Assembly (NCBI RefSeq): GCF_009914755.1
Contig: NC_060947.1
Source of the DNA: the human T2T-CHM13v2.0 reference genome, Homo sapiens
Reading direction: 5' to 3' (one strand)
DNA length: 64,000 nucleotides
Part shown: positions 1-60,769 of the stretch, in pieces
Numbering within the stretch: position 1 is the first letter of the stretch
How the letters are laid out: every line of letters begins with the position of its first letter
The notes under the pieces: model-generated
What the model was told of the DNA's origin: nothing
Database searches by the model: none
Seen by the model: the letters and a program-made list of their open reading frames with translations, nothing else
Translations under genes and position numbers: made by a program

Positions 1-2377
1 GGCCTGAGGGAGCCCCTGGCTTTCCCCTCAGCCTCAGGAAAGGTGGTCAGGAAAACTCTGGCTGGACAAGGGTCAGTCTTCGGGGTCAGCAGCGAGATTG
101 CTCTGCAGCCAGTGAGGGAGGTCCCCGCCATGCCGGCTGGAAGAAGAACCTCGCATCTTTTGGTGTGTATGCACCTTGGCAGCCAGCAGGAAAGCAGCGA
201 AGAGCCGCGCGCCCTCTGGCCTCAAGGGAGCATTGGCAGAACCATAAGGTACTGCAGAAGCCGTCGAAACCGACTGCTCGGCTGGATTAGGCGTGTTGGC
301 TACATCTTTCCCACAACCGTATAACGACCGATGGTCATTTCTCCAAGAGCAGGCTTGGCGAGTCCTTGCAGAGCTGACATAGAGGCGCCCGCATGTCACT
401 TAGTCTAACGCTGACAGAAATGAATGCAGAAGGAAGATTTTCAGTCCTGAACGTGAATTATAGAGGTAGAACGTCGCTAATAATTTCTGCCATCTTTATA
501 ATTTCTTTGTCTCACAGAAGACTAGGAGAAAGATCTTTTTTAAATAATCTTTTTGCTGTTTTTAAAAAATTAAACAAGGCTTTGTGTTCCTAGAAGAGCT
601 TCATTTCAGTGAATCTGGTGACCTCCATCTGCTTGCTGTCATAACCCGACACGGACTTATTTTTGTCATTAGCAAGGGGGAAAAGGCCAAAGGACAAGGG
701 CCTCTTCTCCCATTGGTTTTCCTGTGGGCAGAAGGGCTGAGGAAGATGGCCCAGCCCGTGGGGGCTGCTGGGTCACCAGCAGCGGGTAGGGTGCAATCTG
801 GTGTGTGTTCCAGCAGTGAGACGGTGTTATTGTGAAGGTGGCATTCATCTGCGGAGCCAAAACCCAGCCATCGGGGAAGGGTCAGGGCTTCTGTGGAACT
901 TGGAACGTGCCAGGACCACCTGCAAAAGCCAGGGTGCGTTGATCATTCTCAGATCATTGATTGGCCTCCACTTGGGTATGTGAATTATTCATGTCCCAGA
1001 AGACCAAAAAGTGCTCTGGTTCTGAGATGAGTATTTTATTCGTGTTCTGTTTCCGAAACACTTAGCAAAGAAGGTCACAGTGATGTGGAGTCGCCGCACC
1101 CATCTTTGAAGATAGCCAGTGTCCCTGGATGAGGTGATGATTTCCCGTCCCAAGGACTCTGTGAAGTTTAGAGTACAGTTTGTTGGGGTCCAAAAGACAC
1201 CATCTCTACCCCACCCAAATAAAAATGCACTCATCTCTGTAGAACATCTGCTGTCAAAGGCCAGCCTGTCGTTAGGGCATGGCTTATGCTTGACAAACCA
1301 GTAACAACTGTGGGATGGCGATGGTGGGATGTGTCGCAAGCAATTCACTAGACAATCTTCACATGAATGTCGGTAGCCAGGGTCTCTCCCGAGGGATGGC
1401 TTTAGTCTTGATGAATGTGAACCATGTCGGAATTGTTAGGTAGAAACCTGGGCTGGGAGGCCTCGGACCCCAGGCTCCATCCCTGGCTTCCCCAGCCTGC
1501 GGCCGCAAGCAAAACCAAGCGCGAGATGCAGCTAGCACCCTTCATATCCATCCCCGTTCTCAGCGGGACAACACCATGGACAGCCGTTTTCAGAGCCTCC
1601 AGCATTTGCACACCACTACTCACCCTCTCTGCTGCTGGCATGTTGGTAGAGTCATCCCTGTAATCAAGAAATGGCCTGTGGAATGTTATTGTTCAACGTT
1701 GTTTACAGCTCTTAAAACATGGTGAGGAATGCCTAAGTCTTAGTGACCAAACGTGACCTTGAAAGCAGACATAGCATGACAGACCTTCCTAGAGTGTTTG
1801 GTCGGGTTCACAGTGACCGAGAGTCAGGTCCAGCACACACCTGGGAAAGGGATGCTGCCCCAAGGGGGACCAAAAGGGCCGGACGTTACAGGGTGAAACC
1901 CTCTGACCCCTCGCGACACCGTAGGACTTGACTTTTGTTTAGTCTTTCTAAGAAATAGATCATGGAGCCAAGTGAAGTGCACTTTGTCAAATGTAAGGGT
2001 CTGCTTTGTTCTTGTTGCTTTTCTGTTTTTTAACCTTTTGTTCCGCCATTTAAAAAAAGAAAAAAAAAAAGCTTATGTTTCTTGTCAAATGCAGAAATGT
2101 TCCTTCCGCCACTCACTGAAGTTTTGCATTCTGGCTTGTGCAGTTTTTATTGTCTGTGTCAGACGTACAGCCAGACATGTTCTCTATTGGCATTTTTCCG
2201 ATTCTGTTCAGATGACAGCGACCGCCTTTTCATTCCCCCCGCCACCTGTACTCACCCTCACGCTCTTTGAAGAAAAAAAAAAAAATCACCTTGTGTGTTG
2301 TAGCTCATTTGTTTCAAGAGAGAATCAACAGATCATATTCAGTGTCTTGAATAAATTGCTCTATTTTGATATTAGAG
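1..2377 (+). other. TBL1X: Distal 3' UTR of the convergent neighbouring gene, most likely TBL1X (terminal exon, non-coding part only)
   Basis: About 2.4 kb with no recognisable interspersed repeats and U/A-rich tracts, ending in AATAAA (2350-2355) followed by a GT/T-rich downstream element. The identity is inferred from the known tail-to-tail arrangement of TBL1X and GPR143; no TBL1X coding sequence is in the window. Confidence 0.7.
2350..2355 (+). terminator. Polyadenylation signal AATAAA (putative TBL1X)
   Basis: tcttgAATAAAttgct, with the GU/U-rich ttggtgggtgtgctttcttcctct about 25-50 nt downstream. Confidence 0.7.
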
Positions 2378-4218
2378 AACTTGGTGGGTGTGCTTTCTTC
2401 CTCTCGCTCTGGAACTCTTGGGCCCACGTTGACTGAATGACTGAAGACAGAGCTCTGTATTTTCTCCAGAAGGAAGTACCTTGAGCCTCTGTTTAGGATT
2501 GCTGTGTGAGATAGGGAGCTGGGAGCAGAACGCAGTGACATGGCAGTCACAGCAGCCGCCTGCTGTTCTGAAAGGTGGTTCTGTCCAGGGATCATGTTTT
2601 TTAGTGTGTTTCCTTTTCATTCTTTATTTCAGGCTGGCTGTTGGAGAAAGACAAAGCAAATGAATGTTCTCTCATCAGCGGATTGGTTGACCGGGAGTTT
2701 GAGTTCCCGAATTACCCCCGAGTAATTTGCAGAACCTAACAGGATGGGGTGACTTTGGACATGGACGTCTGCATGGTGCAAACCAACATGTGGCAAACAT
2801 TTATTGACATTTGCTCTGTGCATGTCTTCATTTATGCTGCTTTAATTAATTAGGTGGCTGTTAAATAATGTAATTAGTGAATGGATATTGCTATCGGCAT
2901 TCTATGAAGGAGGCTGTAGATTCCGAGAGGCGAAGAGATGGCCTTACTCTTAGTCTAAGGTTTCACTTTGCAGATGAGTCCCAGACAAAGTCACGGTGTC
3001 ATTTCCCTCTAATCCTGCTTGTTCCGCACTAGGACAAAGCAGATGGCTAGGGGCGTAGAGGCTTCTGTGGTGATTCCCTGGGAAAGATCCAAGTGTGCCT
3101 GTGACCTTCACTGATGATCCGGACTTTTGCAGGAACCAAATCCCAAATTCAAGTCTTGAATTGGCAACTGAAGACTGAATATTATATGAGCAGTTGTCAC
3201 CTTTAGAGAAAAACTTACCCTATCTTCTGGTGTTTTCTGGGGTTCACCTTCTCATTTTCATTTTTCTCTTTAGCCCCTGCCAAGTGGAGCAAGTGTGTTG
3301 CCAGGTGGTGGATTTGGGGCACCCTGAGGGGTACTGCAGAACCCTGGGACAGCTCGGGAAGAACCGCATGGAAACAGTGGGCAGACAACAAAGCATGCGG
3401 CAGTTCCCAGGATAAATGCACGTGTGGCGGGTGGCTTTGGTGGCTCCCCTAAGAATGCCGTTGACGTATGACTGGCTCTAAGTGGGTTTCTTTGTGATAT
3501 AGAGGAAAGTTGATTGGGACCACGATTGCCAGAATTTATATAACTTAAATCTTCAGATGGATGGAACCCTTCCCCGCAGTGCGTCTCAAAAGGTTCCCCC
3601 AGTCCATTGAAGCTCCTCCTTTATTTTAGGAATCTAAGTTTCAACTCACTAAACAGAGATCTCGCTTTTTTTTTTAAATTGCCCCATCTTGGTGCTGTTT
3701 CAAAAGGATATCAGAGAACATTATTCATGTTCACAGAAAGCTCTCTGCACAAGTTCTGTCTGGAAGCTGGCTGTTGATGATGGCTGTCTGGTGGAAACCT
3801 GGAAGTCCCTTGTGAAGTACAGGAAAAGGGTAGGAGGGGGAGGAGAACAGATTTATGCCCTTAAAAAAGATGTCTGAGCCAGTTTTTGTCCAGTCTGGGT
3901 CCTTTGTCTCTGAAGTGTCTCATCCACAGCACGGTAAGTAAGGCAAGAAGTTCAGTCTGGAGAATAGAGAAGGAACAGTGGGTTCGGGGAGGAGGATGTT
4001 GTCTGTAGGACCACCCTTCAGCTAGAATGTGAAGCAAATGCTCTGGAGAATGGACGCTTTGGTTAGGAACAGTTATCCTTATGCAAAAGGTACTTATCTT
4101 GAGACACTGTGGGAAACAAACAGCTGGGTGTATGCGTTCTTCCGTAAAAACATACCTGCACGTGATGATATCTTACTGTGAAATGGGGGAAATTAGTAGG
4201 CTACTAAAAAGTTTTTTA

Positions 4219-4706
4219 CCCTGAGCAACATGGTGAGACCCTCATCTCTACATAAAAATTAGCTGGGCATGGTGGCGAGTGCCTGTGATCTCAGCTACTT
4301 GGGAGGCTGAAGATCACTTGAGCCCAGAAAATCGAGGCTGCAACGAACCATGATGGCGCCACTGCACTCCAGCCTGGGTGACACAGCAAGACCCTGTCTT
4401 CCTCTTTTTTTTTTTTTTTTTTTTTTTGAGACAGGGTCTTGCTCTGTCACCGAGGGTGGACTGCAGTGGTGCTATCCTGGTTCACCGTAGCCTCTGCCTC
4501 CCAGGCTCAAGCAATTCTAGTGTCTCAGCCTCCCAAGTAGCTGGGATACAGGTGTGTGCCACCATGCCCAGCTAATTTTTGTATGTTTAGTAGAGATGGT
4601 TTTTTGCCAGCTTGGCCAGGCTGGTCTTGAACTCCTGGCCTCAAGTGATCCACCCACCTCAGCCTTTCAAAGTACTAAGATTAAAGGTGTGAGCCACCGT
4701 GCCCCG
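4219..4706. mobile_element. Two Alus tail-to-tail (5'-truncated plus-strand AluJ-like, then a minus-strand Alu)
   Basis: Alu consensus motifs in opposite orientations, separated by a poly-T tract at about 4405-4428. Confidence 0.9.
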
Positions 4707-5289
4707 CTGACCCTGTCTCTTAAAAGAAATTGATGGTGGGATTGATAAACTGGCCAGTAAATTAAAATCAAGTGAAAGCTATCTGATGGGAAGAGTCTCC
4801 CCTTTCCACCCAAACTCTGCTCCCAGCTACACCTCTGTTGTTGCCTCCTTGTCACAGGCCAACCCAAACTCCTGGCTGTAGATCCTAGTTCCTTCTCACT
4901 TCTTCAAGAACTTTCCTTCCATCATCATCATCGCTTTCTCTCCACTGGATCATTCCTGTAGCACCCCAAGGTACTTGAGCACCTGCCATCTTTAAACGGT
5001 AACAGAACAAGCACATCCCCTGCAGTAACCAGCCTTACAGGGAAGTCACTCAGAACCAAGGCTGGCCATCATCTCAGTTCATCATTTGTTTGCTCAGTTG
5101 TCTCCTCATTCCCTAGATTGCCTTAATACACATCCTGATGATAATGTTTCTGTCCCCAGTACCTAGGCCTGGCCCAGTGCCTCACCCTCTCACTCAGCTC
5201 AGCTCACCAGGTTAAAGACATATGCATGAGTATCAGCTGGTGATGCCTGGTGCCCCATCTGGGAGTCCTTATCTTGGCTGGATACTCAG

Positions 5290-5720
5290 ATCTCAGGGTT
5301 CTTGTTTGAAAGCTTCAGAACCTGACTCTAGCTAATGTAAGCCCAAAGGAATGAATGAGCCAGATATTGGGCAGCTTTAAGAAACTGGAGAACTGGGCTC
5401 AGAGGCCAAACAGACAGGAACCGCCAAGAGCAGGCTGCAGGACTAGGCTCATGAAGATGACAGAGATGGAACTGGGTGCTGCCCACACCCCGATACTGGA
5501 TGCTGCCCACACCCCGATACTGGATGCTGGACTGGCCCTGGAGGCACACCCAATGCTACCTGCCAAAGTGGGCCTGCCTGCTGCCAAGGCTTCAGAAGTG
5601 TTTCTCTGCAGTCCATTCCCTGAGGCACAAGCTTCTAACATGTAAGACATGCCTGATTGGCTCTGTCAGGTCACGTGCCTTGCTCTAGCTGCAAGGGAGG
5701 CTGGAAAAGCCAGCAGCTGG
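5290..5720. mobile_element. Old MaLR (MLT1-type) LTR remnant
   Basis: Contains ctgattggc...ggtcacgtgcc...ctagctgcaagggaggctggaaa, typical of MLT1J/K/L; subfamily uncertain. Confidence 0.5.
5472..5529. repeat. 24-bp tandem repeat, 2.4 copies (ctggatgctgcccacaccccgata)
   Basis: Copies read directly at 5472, 5496 and 5520 (partial). Confidence 0.9.
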
Positions 5721-6206
5721 CCTCTTTGGTTTTTGAATGGGGTGGTGGGACTGCCTCATCAGGTAAGAGGGGATCCTCAAACAGAGGAAGGGCTTCTGAT
5801 CCTGAGGGAGAGGGCAGACAGAATGGCACTACTGAGCTGAAGGATGCAGATTCCCCTAGAAAATCTAAAACTTCACATCTCCTTGATACCTTTGATCAAC
5901 GTCAGTGTGGCCTAGCCCAGGCTCGTCCTGGGAAAGTGAAGCAATGGTTATCCAGAGAGCTGGGACAGCCCTGGGCAGACACTACCTCATGGTGTGTTCA
6001 CAATCCATCTACAGCCTTGTTGACTTCAGACGTGCAAATGCAGAACCTTGCTGGACTCTTGTAGAAGAAAAGGAGTCCTAATCTTGATATGAAGCGAGGT
6101 GTCACATGGCAGAGCTGTCTGCAGTGTCCTGAGAAGATAGTGTGTCTTGCTTTTCTATATACATGCTGGTGGATTGTAATCCCCCTGCATGCTGCAACAT
6201 TTTGGG

Positions 6207-7464
6207 GAGGGAAAAAAAAAGCTTCAAAAAGTTCATGGACATACATATTATGGAAAAACTATACATGGATTTCAAAAATGTCTTGCCTCAAAATAAACTC
6301 ATACTAATTTGTTAGAACCTCTCTTAACAGGATCTAGTTTGAGGCACTAAGAATGATAAGATATCAACCTGAAAAGAGCCTCTATCAGAGCAACATAAAT
6401 TGTTAAAATTGAAACAAGAACAAGCATCAAATTTATGGTGAAGTTTGAATGGACTTGATGAATAGTTTATGGGCACAGTGCCCTAAAGACATCAGTTTAC
6501 AAATGGTGGATAACTCATTTTAAGAATGGATGAGATGATGTTGAAGATGAAGCCCACCATGGCAAACCATCCACATCAAGTTGTGATGAAAAAATTTATC
6601 TTGTTCATGCCCTAATTGAAGAGGACCAGCAATTAACAGTACAGACAGACAATAGCCAACACCGTAGACATCTCAACTGGTTAAGCTTATGTAATTCTGA
6701 CTGAAACATTAAAATTGAGCAAATTTTGCACTCTATGGGTGCCAAAACTGTTGCACCCAGGTCAGCTGCAGACAAGAGCTGAGCTTTTGATGGAAATTTT
6801 AACCAAATGGGATCAAGATCCTGAAGCATTTCTTTGAAGAATTGTAACAGGAGATGAAGCATGGATTTCCCATTACCATCCTGAAGACAAAGCACAATCA
6901 AAGCAATGACTACCAGGAGGCAAAAGTAGTCCAGTCAAGGCAAAGCAGACTGGCCAAGACCAGAGGTCAGAGCAACAGTTTTTCAGGATGCTCAAGGCAT
7001 TTTGCTTGTTGACTTTCTGGAGGGCCAAAGAACAGTAACATCTTATTATGAGAATGTTTTGAGAAAATTAGCCAAAGCTTTAGCAGAAAAATGTCCTGGA
7101 AAGCTTTGCCAGGGAGTCCACCACAGCAATGCTTCCGCTCATTCCTCTCATCAAATGGGCAATTCTGCAAGAGTTTCGGTGGGAAATCATTAGACATCCA
7201 CCTTACAGTCCTGATTTGCCTCCTTCTGACTTATTTTTCTTTCCTAATCCTTAAAGGGCACCCATTTTTCTTCAGTTAATAGTGTAAAAAAGACTGCACT
7301 GACATGGTTAAATTCCCAGGACCCTCGGTTCTTTAGGGATGGACTACATGGCTGGTGTCATCACTTACAAAGTATCTTGACCTTGATGGAGCCTATGTTG
7401 AGAAATAGCGTTTGTTTTTTATCTTTTCATTTCATTTTTCAATGAACTTTTTGAAGTTCCCTCA
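6207..7464 (+). mobile_element. HSMAR2-type Tc1/mariner DNA transposon, near full length, with a dead transposase
   Basis: TIR core cttcaaaaagttcat at 6222 and its reverse complement atgaactttttgaag at 7442. Transposase motifs: WVPKLL (6736), IVTGDEAW (6841), HHSNASAH (~7120) and HPPYSPDLPPSD (7195). Stops and frameshifts throughout. Confidence 0.9.
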
Positions 7465-7577
7465 TATATCTTAACTGATGGAAATATGGGCATTAGTCAG
7501 GTTCCAAGTATTCCTTAGACTATGTCATTACTCAACACAGCATGAAGCTCAATTCCTGAGCAAAGTCATGCTGTCTT

Positions 7578-7595
7578 CTCTGCCCCCTAGTGTGT
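7578..7595 (-). promoter_or_regulatory. Candidate CTCF motif between the convergent genes
   Basis: ctgccccctagtg closely matches the reverse-complement CTCF core (motif match only). Confidence 0.35.
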
Positions 7596-7714
7596 GTTAG
7601 GAGGCCAGGCTGTGCTGCTGCTCCACGGGGCCCTGGTTCCCTATTCATCCTGCTGCATCTCTACCTTGCTGCTGTTTGGCATCATCAATAAGCTTAGTCA
7701 AGAGCATTTCCTCT

Positions 7715-7987
7715 AGAAATCACATCTTTACTGCACCTTTTCTATGTTTAGGTATGTTTAGATACAAAACTACCACTGTGGTACAGTTGTCTACAGTATT
7801 TGGTACAGTCACATGATGTTCAGGTTTGTAGCATAGGAGCCATAGGCTCTACCGTATAGCATAAGTGTGCTGTAGCCTGTACCATCTAGGTTTGTGTAAC
7901 TGTGCTCTATGGTATTCACACAACAGTGATACCACCTAGCGATATATTTCTCAGAACTCATCCCCATCATTAAGCAATGCATAACTG
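7715..7987 (+). mobile_element. Tigger3a/MER7-type MITE (5'-truncated)
   Basis: Homologous to the full copy at 12508-12846; ends in the ...gcataactg TIR followed by TA. Confidence 0.75.
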
Positions 7988-8044
7988 TACATGTATTTAT
8001 TTTCTTTTGCTAGAAGTGTTAAGACAGAATCCAAGTCAGGCTGA

Positions 8045-8381
8045 GAGCTCAGTCATAACTATTTTATTTAACTACTTCCCCAAGGATGTGGACCTTACAC
8101 TTACTTTACAGCCAGCCTCAGAAAACTTCCTAGTGGCAACTAAGGCTAGAGCAGCTGTAGAGTGGTCTGGAGGGGGCTCTTCCATTCTCACACGTGTGTG
8201 CATGAACCCTTTCTCCTATCCTAAAGGCCCTTCGGGAAGAAGCTCTAGCTGGTGATGAGAGCAAGGTTTGGGGGCCGCTACACTTCGGCAGTGCAGTGTT
8301 GGGAAGGTGAGAACACAGTTCTAAAGAACAAGAATTGTTGAGTCTGAGGAATATGGGGTCTGGACCCCCAGCACATCCCCT
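8045..8381 (-). other. GPR143: GPR143 3' UTR (exon 9)
   Basis: Lies between the TGA (8382-8384) and the poly(A) signal; cleavage site is approximate. Confidence 0.75.
8063..8068 (-). terminator. GPR143: GPR143 polyadenylation signal AATAAA
   Basis: tttatt on the plus strand, about 315 nt after the stop codon. Confidence 0.8.
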
Positions 8382-48530
<40,149 letters not shown>

Positions 48531-48968
48531 CCCTGGGCCTCTCCCCCACCCCAACCCCCAGCGCCTGCAGTAGAGCCAGGCTCGGTGGGGGCCGAGAGCA
48601 CTGGGCTAACGCCACGAGGCCTCACGAGGTGATGCTTGGGCGGGCGGAGGAGGAGGACAGAGAGAGGGAGGGCTGAGAGGAGAGGAAGAGGGAGGAGGAG
48701 GAGGGAAGTGGAAGGAGAAGCAGAAAGGTTGGGAAGGTTACCTTTCTCCCCATTCACCAAGCCTTCCTGGTGGTTTCTCTGCCACCTAGAGCGCCAAACC
48801 TGCCATCTTTACTGGTCTTCTAGAGAAACAGGCCTCGTGGACTAGATCTTTCCTATTTGGGACTCTGACATCCTGATTTTGATGCCTTTAAGGCGCCAGA
48901 ACATGTTCATAAACTGTGACTGATCCCTGTAACTGCTTTTTTCCTAAGTAGAGATGGTTGTCCAATTA

Positions 48969-49568
<600 letters not shown>

Positions 49569-50864
49569 TTAAGTTTAAAATTTAAAAACATTAAAAAAAT
49601 AAAGGGAAAAGTACTCAGCATAAGTACACACAGACACATTTTGCACCTTAACTTTCAGTTCTATTTATTTGGATTTTTCTTAACTGCGTTAATTTTTCTA
49701 TGTTTTCTCATACATTGAAAATCTTGCTTTATTCTATACATGTAAGTTTCCAAGTAATATTGTGTTAATGATTACAGTAAGCATACTAAGATTTTTTTTT
49801 TTAAGTTCTTCAAGGCTGAAAATAGAAGTGCTCCTTCTAGATTATGGCCTTTATTTTAAAAAAAGAAAAGAAAAAAAAATCCAGCTCCATCATATTTATC
49901 ATCTTCAACAAACCTCATTGGCTCTTTGTGACCACACAAGAGACACCCTTCCTCCTCTCTCCTGGTAAAATGGGCCCCTCTCTGGGTTTTTTTCAAGCAA
50001 CCAAGGTGCAGGTGTCCCCATTGTGTTCATGGACTTTCCTCACTTGTTCTCCCCACCAGCTTTGCGGTTTTAAGGAAGGCATGATCTGTGCCGTCTTCCT
50101 CTAGGGATAGCAGGACTGGCCTTCCCTTGGGACCCCACAGAAGGCAGGCGGGAGGCTCCACTGCCAGACAGGAAGCGGAGCCTTATTTAACAACAATGAG
50201 GTGCAAACTCCACCACTTCAAAAGAGTCCAGATCTGGCACGTCTATAAACGCAGCCTGTTCACTCCACAGCTGCCTTCCTAGAAGTCAGAACAGACTGAC
50301 ATCTTCAGAAAGCTTAACAGCTCTGCTGGATTACACACTCCATTGTAAAAACAGTCAGAAGCACCATAGAACTACTCCCCAAGCATTAATGTTTAAAAGC
50401 TTGAATTCTAATATCTAATTTGGACAGTGGCTCTCTTTCCTTCTGCCTTGGTAAGCAGAGTTGCTTCTGGAGGTTAGTGTAATGGAAAGTGCTTTAAAAG
50501 ATAAAAATGAAGAGTGTCTGTACATTTGCCTGAAGGTTGAGGGCCAGTGGGCCAGGCAAAGGGGTCCCTGCATTTGAGTCACTGTTTCATGCCCCAGAAA
50601 ACACACTCCGCCTCTCTGCTTCCTACGTGATAACCTGGGAGTACTCTCCAGGGGGCTCTGGCTGACTCTGGTGCCCACTACTCAAGCTCAGTAGTCAGAA
50701 TCTCATCAGTGAGAAAATGGATATGAATGCAGATTCCTAGGGCCATGGCACAGATGACAATGGTAAAGATGAGCCTCAGAGTAAAGGTGCAGAAGCATGA
50801 GTGTAAGACTAAATTTAAAACCCTGTCATCAAAGTGAGAGGGAACTAGAAATTGGTATGAGAGG

Positions 50865-51632
<768 letters not shown>

Positions 51633-52194
51633 TGAGAAAAGTGAAGCAAATACACACGCACACACTTGGGAGGCAGAAACATCTGGAAGTTTCGTAGATA
51701 TGGGAGATACAGGGATGGCGGTGCTGAATATGAACTTTGAGGTATGTGTGCAGAAACAATCGGTCTTTGAGTACATGAAGGTACATCTGTTTTTGCATGA
51801 ACCCTTCCTCCGTTTTTCCCTCCTTCCCAGTTTAGCACCTGAATTCGCTCTCCATTTTCACAGTTTGGGCTGCCTGGGGCATCTGTTCCCTGGAAATGCT
51901 CCATCATCTTGGCTTTCTCTCATTCCACAATCCACCATTTACCCACCATTCCCACTTGATCAGATGCACTTGATCAACTGCTGGAAGACGGTTCCTGAGT
52001 TTCTCTCCCAGGCAGTTTATTTTTCATGGTGAGTCCCCTGACATCGAGATGTCTCAACCAAAAGAATGGGGTTTATGGTGAGACTCAGATATCCCTTAGA
52101 ATCCAGTAGAGGAGGTGGCTAGGGGCAGATGGATGGCAGAAACAGCCTAAGTAAGGAGACTGCCATTCACAATAATTTGAATTTAAATAATAAA

Positions 52195-57750
<5,556 letters not shown>

Positions 57751-58978
57751 AAGGAATGGGTTTTGAACACAGACTTAGAACCCAGACAGCCTGATCTGTG
57801 GTGGTTGTTCGGTATTGACCTGGCTGAATGAAACATGAGAGTCTTGGACTGTGTCCATCCTCTGGAAAACATGAGAAATTCATGAATGGAGAAATGGTGC
57901 CTAAGGGTAGAACTTCAGCTGTGCAACAGGCAGATAACGATTCTGTGAGCCAGGTGGTCTCAGCATGGGAAGAGAGGTGAACAACAGGAGCCACGGAGAG
58001 AGGTGGGTTGTGTACTGAGAAGAGGAAAGTTCAGTGATATTATATGATTGCCTTCCATGGGCTGGGAACATCAGATATGCATCGTCTTTCGTAACTCTCA
58101 CCTCCACCCCTGTGGCTCCTCTGTTTTATCCCTTCTTAATGCATGAGGCACCAGCAGAGGGGAAGGAACTCGTCTAAGATCACACATCTGGTGGAGCTGA
58201 GAATCAAACCCAGGCAGATAATGCCATGAGTACTGCCACAAGAGGGGGACTGGGGATGCCCCTTGCAGTCACCAAGAGTGTCTGCAAACTAGTCCGACAA
58301 GAAAATGCATCTTCTCACCCCACCCTCTTGAAGCTGCACTTTTCTTGAAGTCCACTTTTCAGAAGGCTGAGGCAGTTGCAGGTGGCCGAATTTGATGCTA
58401 AGTGCAACTGTGGTTTCAAGGAAGTGTGTGTGCGGCAGGGTGGGCTGGGGTGATGAGGACAGACATGCCTATACACATATTACATATTTAGCACATTATA
58501 CTAACACATTAAAATGAGATGACTCTGGGATGACTGTCTGCCTTGGAGTCCGCCTTCATACAAGACTGTGAAATCTCATGTATCTAACAAAAAGGACTCA
58601 ATTCCTCCTTAACCATAGACTTTGGCTAATTTTGCAATGACTGCTTCCCAGGCACTCAAGTAGCCTTGGGTAGAGAATAGGAAACCCACATTAACCTCAG
58701 GGGCATGGCTGCGGTTAAAGCTGACCTGCAGGCAGACAGCACGGCTTCCCTCAACACTGCACTGCGCCCTGCGGAGACATTGTCTGTGATGCTCACTAGA
58801 ACGCACGTCAGGATCAGGAGCATGCAAAGGCACTAACATACCCAGTGTGGTCAGTTACTCCTCAGAGCAGAGCCTGATGGTTTAAGTGCAGTGGCCCTTT
58901 ACCCCTAAGTCCTCGGGGTGATTGCTTTGTCCTGGTTTGAACATCTAGTGACCTAGAGTAAACGTAACGTGTGTATAA

Positions 58979-60769
<1,791 letters not shown>

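Noticed and set aside
3210-3940. Strong isolated splice-like sites (plus acceptor at 3273, plus donor ACG|GTAAGT at 3934, minus donor at 3218)
   Set aside because: They do not pair into a plausible exon with an ORF; such motifs are common by chance, and expression data would be needed.
7002-7193. Transposase-like ORF as a possible domesticated gene
   Set aside because: Only a 63-aa fragment of a mariner with stops, frameshifts and a mutated catalytic motif.
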